Origin: Blasia pusilla
Lineage: Eukaryota
Direction: 5' to 3'
Length of the DNA stretch: 64,000 nucleotides
Assembly: GCA_050084515.1 (NCBI GenBank)
Contig: CM114271.1
Span: 6,634,001-6,698,000 of the forward strand
This document shows, in pieces, positions 37,193 through 51,010 of the stretch. The stretch's first letter is position 1. The number at the start of each line of letters is the position of its first letter. Made by a program: the position numbers and the translations under genes. The notes beneath the pieces were generated by a model. That model was not told the origin of the DNA and searched no databases. It saw only the letters and a list, made by a program, of their open reading frames with translations.

Positions 37193-39269
37193 ATGGATAG
37201 TACGGACATGGTGGCGGAAGACGATTTCCACCTGAACGCTCCCAGGGTTCCGCTCAAACATCAAGTGGATCTCGACAAGGTCAGATTCGTTCCTCTGCTA
37301 CTGATCGTTCAGGGCAATCGTGGTTTGATGGTCTATTGTGACTAGATCCATAAACCCCCCCTACGTTCTCGCGATCGGATCCAAACCCCCTCGGCGAGTT
37401 CTTTTATCAGTTGTAGAGTTGCAGCTCAACTTCAACTGAGGGCCCTATCGGGTGCTGCTGTGTGGTTTGACAGCCCGTTCAACAAGACTTCGATGGGGTT
37501 TAGGATCCAGCTCAAGTGCCAGCACCGTAGATTGTCGTCCCGTTCTCAGTCTCACGAATCAATTGTACGAGATACCATGTGATTTACATGAATCTACAAG
37601 GAAGTTTGGGTAGATCCTGACCGCTTACGGGAAGCCACCTCTCGTATCTGAAGCTCACTCCGTTTTCTTCATCCTGCGTACCCGAGGGGTTGTTTGCTCG
37701 GGTGGGAGGTCCCGTTAGAGATGGGGTTGTGTTGATGTCTGGCATACCTGTTCACTGGGCTCCCTTGATGCAGGATGACGAAAGCTTGAGAAGATGGAAG
37801 GAGCAATTGTTGGGCAGTCTCCAGTTAGATGCGATTGATGGTACGTCTCTAATTTCATACCCAGTGTAGGTTGATGCACCTTGGATGCCACTGTCTGTCC
37901 TGTCGTTACGACTACCCTAGCTCCTATCTACAGCTGCTGTCGACCTGATATTCACCTACTTTCGAGAGTGAAGATGCCCGTCCCGACGTCCTCATACGTC
38001 GCTTGCATTGTATTCCCGTCGTCTCGAATGTGCATATGCACCCATACCTGTCCCATTCGTTGATCCGTGTGGATGATAGAGGTTGCCAATATTGTCCCTG
38101 ATGACTGGTAGACGATGCATATTGGATGCAGTGAATGTGGAGTCTGAAGTGAAGTTTCTGACGATTGGCATGATACGACCGGGAATGCCTGACACTACAT
38201 TCAACCTACCTCTCGCTCCATCTCGTCGTCCAACTTTTACTTTGAAGGAGAGCAGCGTGTACAACCTGAGGTTTTCATTCACGGTGCAGCGTAATCTTGT
38301 TTCAGGGTTGACTTATGTCAACAAAGTATGGAAAAGCGGTTTGTTAGGTGCGTGTCAGCCTCTTTGTACTTGTTGCGTTTCTCATTGCGATGGGCAGATA
38401 GTGTTCGTTTTGAATGATTTTCCATGTAGATTTCGTGTGGGTTACTGTTGTTTCGGACGCCGTGACGGAAAAGTCCCGTAAATAGTGTTAACTTCTTCAA
38501 TGGCGCAGTCGACAAAACGTCTGTCATGCTTGGGACTTTTGCTCCTCGAAAGGAGCCGTACATACACATCATGGAGGAAGAAGAAACGCCCTCAGGTGTC
38601 TTGGCCCGTGGCTCATACACGGCCAAAACCAAGGTGAGTCATCAGTCCTGTCCGAATAACACGACAAGGTTCTGTCCCACTGGGATCGAAATGTTGGTGT
38701 TTTCCCCCGGGTTTGGGTGTGACGCATGATATGTCCTTCGTCTACCATCTCCCCAAACGTCGTCAATATGGCTAGTCTTCCTCAACATGTCTGTAATCAA
38801 ATGGTGGCGTCGTCGCAAAATACAGCTGCCCCCGGGAGAACACATGAGCCTGAAGCGAAGCTGTCTTAGACGGAGCCGAGCTCCTGGACCTGAATCCATG
38901 TGTAAGCACGTCCTGGTCTATGTTTAGTTCCGCAGGACGTCGACGAGGCTAGCTCAACTTTGAGAGGCCGGTGTCGAATCGGATCTGTCCTCGACGATTC
39001 ATGTGAATCGTTGTCTTTCGCTGATTTTCCGCTCGATCATGTTGTGTCTCCAAAGTATTGTCTACTAGCTTCTTTATCCTATTTCCTGACGTGTTCTGGT
39101 TAAGGTACCATGCGGCCTTGGATTCTTGATGTTGTCGTGGACTGGACCCGAGTGAGTATGCGTTACCTACTCGTTACTGATTGCGGTCCCTACCGATTTG
39201 CAGTTTGTTGACGACGACGGTTCGTGTTACTTGGAAATTGACTACTCTTTTCAGATTGAAAAGAAGTGA
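37193..39269 (+). CDS. Rho GDP-dissociation inhibitor (RopGDI), 5 exons, 186 aa: 37193-37279, 37774-37840, 38132-38347, 38509-38633, 39204-39269
   Basis: All introns GT-AG and exons total 561 nt in frame. DKDDESLRRWKEQLLG, FTLKE.S.Y.L.FSF.V..N.VSGL.Y.N.VWK.G, MLGTFAP..EPY, EETPSG.LARGSY.AKTK, FVDDD..CYLEI.YSF.I are RhoGDI signatures. Confidence 0.95.
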
Positions 39270-42200
39270 ACATGGAAGTATGTTATTGGTCTCTTTAGAT
39301 CATGGGTTCGCATCAGATTGGTCAAGAGGTCACACAGGAGCTGCAACCTTCTCTCAAGGAAGTTCTAATCGAAGTTCTAACCTCCGCAAGGAATTGCAAG
39401 TTGTGTTTTATCCGTCTCCATAGTCGTTGTGTCTCGCTGTAGTTAATTCTAGCAGTGGACTCATCTGAATCTGATGATAACACCTTGGATGTGATCACGA
39501 GATGGTGTCCTAGCACGAAAGTGGTGGTTTAGTTTTGCATGCAATCGGTTTCTGATTCCATTTTTAGGGTGGAAATAGTTCGTGAGGATATGTGAGATCT
39601 CATGTAAGTTTGAGACAACTCGGCTGCATTTTCAGCTTTGTGCAGGTGTAATAGTATCTTGTGTAAAAAATGCCCAATAAATCATCGCGATTTGTCTGAC
39701 CAAAGTCAATCGATGCCCTGCGTCTTTATTGGCTTTTGATAGTTCCTCCGTCTTACCTTACGAGCGCAGAGTACTGGACTTTTCAATTTGTATGGAAGAG
39801 GAAGGTCGTATTTTCAAGCATGATAATATCAGAAGCTCCTCGTGGGATCGTGGAGCAATTAGTGACGAGTGCCCTTGGCTGTCGATTTCTGCAAAGCGGT
39901 GTCACAGTGGTGTTGCCTTGTTCCAAAATATTTGCAGAAGATTAGTCCCTCACATAATTTACGGGAATCCCGTGAGGACTAGACTAGGTAAACATTGCTG
40001 GAGAGCTGGGATTGGCTTCGTTATGATGAGAGATAGTACAGGACCCCGGAGGTCTTCACTCTATACACATTTTTCCTCTCTTCTGATCACACTGAAACCC
40101 GATCCCTGGGGTCAGGGGTAACAGATGGGTCTACGGTAGGTAGCCTTTAAGTTACGAGGCTCGAGCTACACCTGAATTTAATTTCTTCCGTTGTAAGCAG
40201 TGGAGACAAAACCTAACTAATGGCAGTTTGATTTTTAAACCTGACATGCGGGGTGTACCTGTCAGTCGCATGATTTACTAAAACAAATATGAGAGGGGTC
40301 AGAAGCTTACCGTCTTCCTTCCAAAAATTCCTTTCTGGTCCGGAACATTGGACTCTTTTTCGGTACCCTCTTTCTAGGGGAAGGAGATGTTTTCGATGGG
40401 TGTGAAAGGGAGGGGAGACCATGGTCAGCCGCAGGCAGTCACTTAAGTCTGGCGGTAGCCGGTTCTGCTGGGAGTACAGGTTGATATGAGACTTCGAATG
40501 GCGGATCTGTTAAATCGATAGCGGCTATGGGTGGAGCTTGGGAAATCCGGATCGGTCACAAGTCACTACACCGTTAATCACGTATGCCGAATGGATGGAT
40601 TAGACAACGGATGTCAGTGCAATAAGGCGACTGTTGATTTCAGATTCCGTCCGTTTCTTATCCGTTCCCTCATGGACGGATGAGTTCAGGCTTCCTAGCC
40701 CTAATGGACACTACGAAATGGAGTTCGAATGTTTGGAATGGGGAGTGGAGGGTGTGTCCCAGGGCTGTGGAGAGGGTAGAGCGTTGCATTAACCATGGAG
40801 GATTGTTATCTTTTACACTTGGACATCAACAAGTATGCAGTATGTTGTTCGGGCAGGGCACGGGTGACAGATTTACTCTTCTAATTAATTAAAAATTATA
40901 ACCTTGTAGACTCTGAAGTGGACTTGTTCCGTTGAATTTTTCTTTCCTGGTCATGCGTTTTCTTGCTGGTTGGTTGCCACATGATTTGAAAATTAAATAG
41001 GTCGTCCAATAATATTATAGAAAAGGAGTTTGGATTCATGAATTAAGTATTTTTGATTTGGAACCGGTTTATGTCCAAATCCATTCTCGAGATTACATCC
41101 TTTTTCACACTAGTAAAGCCACCTGGCCTCGACTTCTATTGTAGGAAGAAGATTGTGCCTCCTTTTCTGGCCTTGTGCTCGCATGTAATCCTCGGGGGTT
41201 GGGCGGAAGTGGATGATTGAAAAAAAATATTTATAAAAATGAAGTGATAATAATTCTAATAAAAAACTAAACTTCAAAAAAGACCAATCAAAAATAAAAA
41301 ATTAATAAGTGGAAGAAATAGACATAGGAAATGATGTAGTGTCTATTGAAGCATGAACATTGCCATTGGTAGATGTAACATTTAACTTGGACAAAGGATA
41401 AGAAAAGTCAAAATAGGAAAATTTTTTCTAAAAATATATTTATAAGAAAAGGTAGAAATACTGTACATAACTAAATACCCTCTATTTTTGCCAGGTGAGT
41501 CATCGATGATGGATGGTTGTAATTATTCCATCGAAGGAACATTCATAATAACTTCAATAGAATTCAATAGAACTATTTTAACATGTCTTCACTTTTGTCC
41601 TTGAGCTCTCACAATTTAATGTACATCACGTAACCATTGTGGGTTCAATGGATTTGGAAGTCTACAGCACAATCAGGAAAAATATTAAAGTCACACAACA
41701 AATCTAGAGTGTGCATATATGTTTACTAGATCATTATATAATCATAATGCTAAGCAGCATTACATTGGAGATGACAAAGTCGTTGAATGAGTTACAAATC
41801 ACATATCTTGAAACGCCCTTGAAGCGCCCTTCTATTTCTTTGAGATGTAACCCTTCTAGCCTTCTTCTATGCAAGCTTCTCTGTCTCCTCCAAAATCTGC
41901 ATAGAAGATGGTGGACTACATGAAATGTGGTGATCATGCTCCACATTAGGTAAAAGGACTACATTGGTGATGTCCGCGAATGGTCTTTTTTTATTCCGCC
42001 TCGATTGGTTCCTCTTGAGATTCATGCATCTTGTGACAAAATCAACCATCCGACAAAAATATGTATTTTCAATATATCAAAAAATATTAGAAAAAAAGAG
42101 ATTTTTTTTGCAAAAAAACTTAAACTAAAGTCTTGATACGTGAATATTATATTCTATATTAAAAAATAGAGCAACACATAGCTTAAGTTTTTATAAAAAT

Positions 42201-45200
42201 CTGAAATGAGAAAATCATTCTAACGGGCAATGAGACTCAGCCGTACTCATCTCACTTGAGCCCTCAGAGCAAATTGTATGACAATCACTAATTTCCCATG
42301 ATCCCGATCCGCAACAATCACGTACAAATGAATGGCTAGATGCTATAGGGTCCGAGGAAGGGATGCAATCATGTGTGGAATCTATATCTTCTTCTCCCTC
42401 CTAACGTCCAACTACTCCTTGTGAAATAGAATGATGATTCGCCACAGGCGTGGTTAAAATCCTAGATGCACTCTTGTCATAACTAGAATTCTCATCATTT
42501 CTCAAAGGGCTAATACTAATATTAGGAGCATTAATCCCATTTTCGAAAAGGTACATAGCTAGGACTTGAAGCCTTATCCCTGTTTTCAAAAATCAGCGAT
42601 GGAACATAGCCAGGACTTGAAGCATTATTCCTATTTTCAATGATCGGCGATGGAACATACTCCGGACTTGATATTTGTATCACCTCTACGATGTCGACAT
42701 CTATAAGTGTATAATCCCTTTCTTGTTCATCGAGAGGAACGTAGAACTCACCATCGCTAAAGCATAAATCTTCAACACTCATTTATAAAGTATCGTGCAT
42801 TATCCATACAATTATTTTATGAATGAGGCTTGAGGGACGTTTCTTGACGGGAAACTCGTTTGTTGTAGATAGAGTCTAACTGGAACAATGTGGATGAAAT
42901 TCAAAGAATTCTTGGTCGAACTGGCCTTTCGACACTAGAATATCCCCTGGCGCATGTTTTTCTCACTGAACGCCGCCGAGGTTGTTTTACTATTCTTTTA
43001 GCTCTACAATGTCCTCTAGCTTGATCATGACGTGAAGTGAGCATGCGGATTCTCACTTCATGCACAGAATTCTTGAAGACGAAGAGAGAGATGGGACACT
43101 GCTACAGTCTACTTCTAGCGAAAGTCCAAGGATAAACCTGAAATGTGAGTAGTGCAAACAGACGATTGTCTTCGGTACTTTTTCTCGAGGTAAAAGAGGA
43201 TCGAGTCTCCCACCTCTGAAGATAATAATCCCGTATTCAAAATTTTTTGAAGTTGGAGTCTAGGAGCGGTACGAGGACATCAGTGGGAAGTAAGAGCTGG
43301 CCAAGCTCCTCTCTACAATTTCTCTCAAGAAATGTCGGCTCTCAATCTAGCTTACAGATTCTCAAATTCCAGTCAGAGGATCCATGTTAACTTTCTCCTC
43401 TCAAATCCTTAAGTTCCACATGATGAGTTTCTCATCGTGTGGAACTTAAGGAATCAAGTAAAAGACAATGTTACATAGGTCTGCCTACACAGAGTTGATC
43501 AAAGACTCCCCGTGATTGCGATACGCCACCGTGAATAAAGTGAATCAAGGACGCTCTATGATTTGTTGACACATAGATTTAGTGCGGCTAGTTCTCCGCT
43601 CCTCTGAAGCAAATCAGAATGGGAAATCGCAAACTTACAAAGTCTGATATGACAAAAATTACTTCGTGCACTAACAAGTCATGAATTCTTGGAAGTCATT
43701 TGCAGCTAGCTTGTTCGAAGATTTTGTGAGCGAGAGAGCGCTTATCCTCTTTCACATAGAGAAACCCGCGCGGAAGTAAAACAATCCAAACCAATTCCTA
43801 CTTTGATACAGAGATTTACCCTCTTGGGTCGATAAGCTTTCTACAAATTTTCCAACACCTTGATGCTGCCTCCACTTTTCCGCCATCTTCTTCACCACCA
43901 TCTTCTTCAGTTCCCTGACACCTACGTTGAGTCTACTCCAACTTAGAGACGCGGATAATTTATGTGCAATGAGCTAGAGCTAGGAAGTTCACATGTGTCT
44001 TAATACGGTTGGTTACATAAAAAAGGTTCCTCTTTTACTTCCGAACTGACAAGTGTCCCAAGTAAAAAAAAAAAATCATGTCTCATTCAAATATAAGCCG
44101 TTCAAATGGAAGCCCTCCGAACTTTCCCATAGATTTGATTTCTTTTATTTGTTTTAACTTTTTCTTCAAAGCGGCCATTTCAAGATGATTGCTTATGGAG
44201 GGCTTCACTTCTTTGGGAAAAAAAATAACCATAAGAGGTAACCCCCCTCCCCTCCTTGCATTATATTATAGATAGTTTGCAAAAAGATAACAAACTATGG
44301 TCTTTGCTATTGCAGTACGGGAAATTATCAAAATCCAATGTTAATACTACTCGGACTTTTTACGAGCATCCGATTATCATCTTACTTTTTGTTAGCTAGA
44401 TTAGATGGAGTACCAAATTTTCCAAGAAGATAGCAACTTTATATACTTATAATTCCAAAAATTTTGAGTAAAACATGAACACATGCGTCATTGTAGTATA
44501 CAAATCTTCTTACTTAAGCTCCAATTGAAGTTACCTAAAGTTTCTCTTTGAATGTCTTAGCTTAGGAATGCTGAAGTACACACAATACTATGGTGCATGT
44601 GAATGTAGCTCCATTCCAAATCTCCTGCATGGACTTTTTAAGTGAACAGTCGATTAGGTATGGTCAAAGAAAAGAGACATGGATTCTCACATAAAAGCTA
44701 GATGATCTAATACACGGTGATCTAGACTACTTTTCAAGAAATCAAGATTGATAAATTCGGACACACAAATTTATTTGTCATCACTCGACATTGTTGTGCA
44801 TATTGGCCCCAGATTTAAAGGAAGAGTGTATGGACCTCTTTGCCCATCGAGATGTTTGACTCCAACCTTCAAAGCAAAGGAGGTTAGGATAGTAGGCCAA
44901 AAAGCCATAGTAGATGTCTTGGGCTTTCTCAAAGTCGTGTATGTGAATTCCATTTTGATGTTATAAATTCAATAGACCATCTTATTTTTTGTATGTTAAG
45001 GCACTTGCATTCCAAACATGTGGATAAGGAGGGCACATATGCCATGGTGACTTCAACGATACATTAAATGTTGCCCATGCAATTATTGTCCCAAAAGTAA
45101 GCTTGCGTTGTAGAGACTTTGTCGAGGGCTTGATATGAGTCAATGTCAACCCTTTGAATATCATGAAAGAACACAAGAGGTGGATTCGTGAACATATTTG

Positions 45201-47029
45201 TGATAACTCCAATAGCAACATCCTCGGGATAGTGACGCGATGCTAAAGCCTCAAGATATTATGAATATTAAACATTCCACGTGAAGACGAGAAGGGGGCT
45301 TTGATGGAATTGATGACGCTCTTGCAATTCAATATTAGTATAAACACAACATGAAAATGTCATTTACTACAATGAGGCTATTTCCAAGCTAGGCGAACAT
45401 TTCTGCCTAGTATTGTCCACACCTTAGTTTCTTTGTAATCTCTTGGAACTTGGCAACAACAGATCTATCTCCATGGATGCCACCTATGACACACACACTT
45501 ACGAGTTGACATTGCTTCTTCATTTACCTATTGTAGATTTCAAGATTAAAAAAGGTATGAGAAGAACAATTTCTATACCTTGATGGCCAAATTTCTTTAG
45601 TAATACCTTGTATTTTCTACAAAATGTATTTTTTGTTCACACTACCAATGAGGGACATAGTTTCGTTTAGAGAAGTCTCAAGCACATATGATATTTTTTC
45701 AGATGTGTCCGACACTTACGTGATGCTTATTCATTGTTCGTTCTATACGTATCTTTCCACAAACACGTTTGTTTAGATACATGTAGTGTTTTGAACTCAT
45801 TGTTTATCGTGTTCATAATACCAATTATTGATGTTGCCTTGTATTGATAAGTTCCTTAATGGGTTGCCATTCATATGGACTATCCTACAATGACACTAAT
45901 TGAAGATTTGGTGGTGACCTTATCGCATATTAAGGATTAGGTACATAGGAATTTAGAGACAAATGAGCAAGAAGGTTGCACAGTAGATTGGAAGCCATCA
46001 TGTTATATATTTGATAATTTGAAAGAGGACCAATCCACTACCAAAGAAGTATTTCTTGGTGTTCCTATCGACATATTTCTATAGTATGTTTGAAAGAATT
46101 GGTCAAAGACTTTGCATTAATATGTATGATATCTAATCACAAGGGCTGAAATGAACACAAATTTGAGTCGTGTGATGTATTCACATGATGAAGATATTCG
46201 GTTTGTACATTCTCATAATGCCCTTGTCTTGTATGGATTGTTAACTTCATATGACGTGGAGGCTTAACACTAAAATATTGGTATTGCATATGCCATTGAT
46301 ATCTCTTATAGATTCATTCCCAAGTGGGTTGGAACAGAACGACACTTTCAAAAGTACTATGTGAACTATTGGGCAAAGGGATACGGTAAGCATGCTCATT
46401 CCAACCAATACACTACCGCAACGACATTGCCATAGAAAGGTGACACCACACTTTGAAGATGCATTGTACATCCAACATGTTCACTATGCCAATGAGGCAT
46501 AGTGGGCATCCCCTAGGAGATTTCCTATTTGATTCCACAATCAAAGGGGATCAATAACCATAACAAGTTATAACTATCTTGTAGAATTCATCATAGTTTG
46601 ATTTTGAGATTGTGAGCACCTCCAATAGCAATTTTAACGTTGGAAAATCAATTATTGAAGAAAAGCTATGCACTTTGCTCTCTACTAACCAATTTTGATT
46701 AGTTCTTTGATATAATTGGTCAATTTTTGCAAATTTTAGGTCAATCTTTTGTAGGAATGGTTTATGGTTTAATTGGAATAACGTAGGGCCGAAATTATAT
46801 TTATGAGTAACATCGTTCTCAATGGATTATTCTTCAACGTACAACAATCACAAGTAAGAAGTTAGAAGAGCATAATTATGATCTCTAGAAGTTTCACAAT
46901 ACATAATATCTCATGGATTAAGAACTATAGGATCTTGTTACAAGTGGTGAGGCTAAGTTACAAGATGATTCAACATATTTGAATATTATGCCTAGAACAA
47001 ATCCGTTAGGCAAGTAATCCTCTATTTCT

Positions 47030-47350
47030 AAAAAATGATCAATTTTCCAAATTGATCATATTCAACATTTTGACACGCCAAATGAGGCTTGGGGTACACT
47101 GGAAAATATATAATAGACATTTTAAAGGCTAGAAAGTTTTAATTCAAAAAAATAATTGAATAAAATAAGAAAGGGTCGAAAGCATTAATGACTATTTTTT
47201 GAATATTTCACATATTATTGATCGGTTGAATAGCGTTGTAGTAACTATAGAAGATGGTGATATGATTTTGTTCACTTTTTAAGGCCTTCCAAAAGAGATA
47301 TCAAATGTTTCAAGAATTTGTCCCACTATGAATTAGTGAGTAGATACACA
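47030..47350 (+). pseudogene. Highly decayed Copia gag relic
   Basis: DTPNEAWGTLENIY and downstream gag-like remnants. Confidence 0.5.
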
Positions 47351-47642
47351 TAGTCGACAACATTAGCTCGTCTTGTATGCAAAAGAATGCTCTATTTGCG
47401 TGTAATAGATAAAAAAAAAGACTATGTTGAAGATAGAAGCTTCCGTGGTTGTGGTGAATATTTAGCATATGTAGGAAGACGTACTCAACATAACTTCACT
47501 CAATCAATTTTGAAGTAGTACCAAACACAATCACAACGTGGTGATGATAGAGACCAAGTTGCATATGGACAAAGTCCGTATTCGCGAAGATGTCAATGAT
47601 TAATAGTAGGTTTAATTCTTGAAATATTCGATACTTCTCTCT

Positions 47643-47644
<2 letters not shown>

Positions 47645-47739
<95 letters not shown>
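47645..47739. repeat. (GA)n microsatellite, ~47 units
   Basis: Direct reading. Confidence 0.98.
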
Positions 47740-47741
<2 letters not shown>

Positions 47742-48230
47742 CTTAAAAGACTAGTAAAGTGAATAAAATCAAACCATCACCTTCTATAATCATTCCAATG
47801 CTATTCAACTTATTAACAATATGTTTGATACTAAAAGGCCTTGAAAAGTAAATAAAATCACAACATCATATTCTAAAATCATTCCAATGCTATTGAATAG
47901 ATCAAATATATGTCTTATACTCAAAGCATAATCATTGATATTTTAAGATCATTTCCTCACTTTGCTCAATTGTTATTTCAATTGATGCTTTTTGGCCTTT
48001 AAAGATATTTGAAAAACTTCTCTAATGCATCCCAAGGCCCCTTTGTATTATCAACATCTTTCCTTTAAAGTATCAACATCTTAAATATCACCAATCATTA
48101 GAAAACTATTTTTAAAATGTAATGGATAACTTCCCTTCTACGTTTATTCCACATATAAATATTCAAGTTGGTTGAATCATCTTCTGGTTTGGCCTCATTA
48201 CCTACAACAAACTCTCATGGTTCTTCATGA

Positions 48231-48528
48231 TGTGAGAAAATAAAATGTGACTAAATCACTGAAATATATTACAAATCTTGGAGATACAAAGAAGCCTAGT
48301 CCATCCGTACGCTCACTGAAGAGCTCCAATGGAGCGTGAACATGGAGATAACTCGACAAACGAGAATGGGCTACCGCTGCAACTCCCGACTATTTCACTA
48401 ACGAGTAAATTAGGGTTTTTTGCCTATTTTTCTTTGTTTCTATTTATAGAAATTATATGGATTTTCCTCATACAAGGGGGGCGATCACATTAATGGTGTT
48501 GAGAGAAGTGGATGTTGAGAATCCAACA
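48231..48528 (-). mobile_element. Internally deleted Copia solo LTR
   Basis: tgtgagaaaa...gagaatccaaca; flanks CATGA / CATGC (4/5 TSD); same family as 17602 and 57871. Confidence 0.85.
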
Positions 48529-50779
48529 CATGCATGATAAATTATTTCATGCAAAACTACCAAACATTATAATTATGTTTATCTAGCTTATCATCTATGA
48601 TTTCTGTTGAGATACTCCATCGTGAATAAATTTACTTACAGATCATAATATCATACTCCTCATTGCTACAATTGAAGCATAAATCACTCCTACTCATAAA
48701 TTGACCAAAATAATTAGTTGAAATTGGCGTGTAGATAGCAATCTACACAACTTTCCTTCATTACTTGCATTTTCCTGCATTTAAATTGCTATTGCAAGAG
48801 CTCAAATAATCAGAATTGAAAATTTTTAGATGCATAGGAAAGCTCTCAACAAGCTCTACAATATGGCTAGAAGTGATATTTAAAATTGCTCCAATTGCTT
48901 ACAACCAAAATTTTTGAATCAATCGAGAAAACCCTTAAAAATGCCTCTAAAGTTTCATCATCTTCAAAGCTTGACGTGAAATCTTCTACCATTGAGCTCT
49001 AACCAAAATTTTCCTTTCCCACAAATAAAATTTTTACTTCTCTTGCCTCTCTTTTGTACTCATATACCAAGAATTTCAATAGATATTCTCCTCTCCTGTT
49101 GAAACTTAATTAGAAAATTACGAATTAAGCTTGATTAATTAGTATGACACTACCATGGAGAATTAAAGTTTGCACAAAAAGAACAACTGAGAGTTGATCC
49201 CCTTCTCAATTATATAGGGTATGTACAAGCAATCCATATTGTAATCATAGCCAAAGTCTCTAGCTCTAGTTATACTAATTGTGGTTAACTAACCTTATTA
49301 TAGATAATCATGCTTAATAAATTAACAGAGATTATACTTTCCTTATTTGTATGAGTATCAAATATAGCAATTTACATGGTTTGTGAACTGCTTTATAACT
49401 CAATGTTCAATAATATCAAGTATGGACATCTTTATTTACGTAATTTGTCTCAAAACTTGACTTGTGGAGGTAGAATTGTTGGGAGATTGCTATTTAAACG
49501 CTTGTTGTGAAGGGGGCGCGATTTTTTTTGTTTCTTGGAGGCACGTAGTTGGGACTATGAGTGGTGCATTTAGCACCAATGTTTGAATCAGGCTAGGAGG
49601 TGGAAACATCTAAAACATGATGCGTTAGTGGGTTCCCATTAGATCAAACCTTGACATTTGGATGCAAACCTATATCAACAAGCATGCGGCCCCATTTTGG
49701 GTTTTGAGTTTTATAACTTCGTATGGTTTGGAGAATATAGTCGAATATAGTTTGGAGTTTCGTATTGGAAATTAATACATCCGGAGGGTAAGAGGGCGTG
49801 GCTAGAATGAGCCTATTAATGGGACAAGGCTAAAAATAACCCTAGTTAGACTTGAAATAACCCCATTGAGAGCATTACCCTGATTCAATGGATACATATG
49901 CATCCAAACCATAAAAAGTTCATATCCATGGTTAAAAACCTGTGGAGTATCTTGCATTCTCCAAGCTTTGCGTTCAGAATCACCTTATTGTAGGGGTCGG
50001 ATCGAAACATCATATCAAGATTAGTGATCTTAGATCTTTAATACACTACTTTAGACGTCCTCTTGGTGACTTGAAGGAACATCTCTAGACCTCCTGCCGA
50101 TAAATGCTTAGTATGAATTGTAGTTATATTAGCTCCAATTTCTAACCTTAGGATTAGAGCATCCCTTGGCCATGTGACCGGACTTCCCACAATTGTAGAA
50201 ATTCATTTTGGCATTTCATGTCTTCAAATATGGAGCCCCTTTCGGCTTCGTATTGGAGTCCACTTGTTTTGCTGATGGGATAAGAGACTCTCCCTTGTCT
50301 AGGCCCTCTTAGATGCCCCTTTTTTTTTTCTGTACATTCGGGAAAAAAAATCTGCTTGATTGATGGTTGGATTTGGACCTCATTGTCCCCAATCTACTCC
50401 GCTAGTTTTAGAAGTTATGCGCAAGTCTGCATTAACTCAAACATTTGAAAGAGGGGTTTTTCATCACTTGGATTTAGCCCACTAAAGAAGATAGCCTTCT
50501 TAGAGAACTTGTCCATTTTAGGCAAAGAGCTTCATTCTGCATTGGACTCACACACATAAGCATTTCAAATTGAGGAATTACTGTATGCAAAAATCTTAAA
50601 TGATGAATCAACGTACAAACGAGTAGATGAATATGAGGAGCTTGCTAAAGCTTGCAAACCCTTTTTCCCTACAGCAAAAATCTCTATTCAAACTTTTTTC
50701 ATATTGTTTTTTAACATCCAAACCACCCATAAAATTCCAAAAATTACAATTGAAAATTTCTTGAAACGACTTCATAGAC

Positions 50780-51010
50780 TAATCCTACCATGTTATTATG
50801 TTGCAAAAAAATATATTGCTTATGATACAAGAGTATTCATACGTGTCTTGTTGGATGTGCTTTAATCTGGTTTACATGACCTTGTAGACGCACAAAATTG
50901 TCCATTATGTGGGAAGCCTAATCAAGTTCAAGAAAATGGGTAGAACATTGGTACCATGTAAGATAATGCCAACATTTTCTTATCATTCCTAGAATAAGAC
51001 GTAAGTTTAA
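50780..51010 (+). pseudogene. Possible CACTA/EnSpm transposase N-terminal relic
   Basis: SIHTCLVGCAL...DAQNCPLCGK...VPCKI...IIPRI resembles the IHAC..DC...CP.CG...P.K...P.IPRL pattern. Confidence 0.5.

Noticed and set aside
41108-46500. Complete CACTA element starting at CACTAGTAAAG
   Set aside because: No matching TAGTG end or TSD identified and the internal sequence is too decayed to call.
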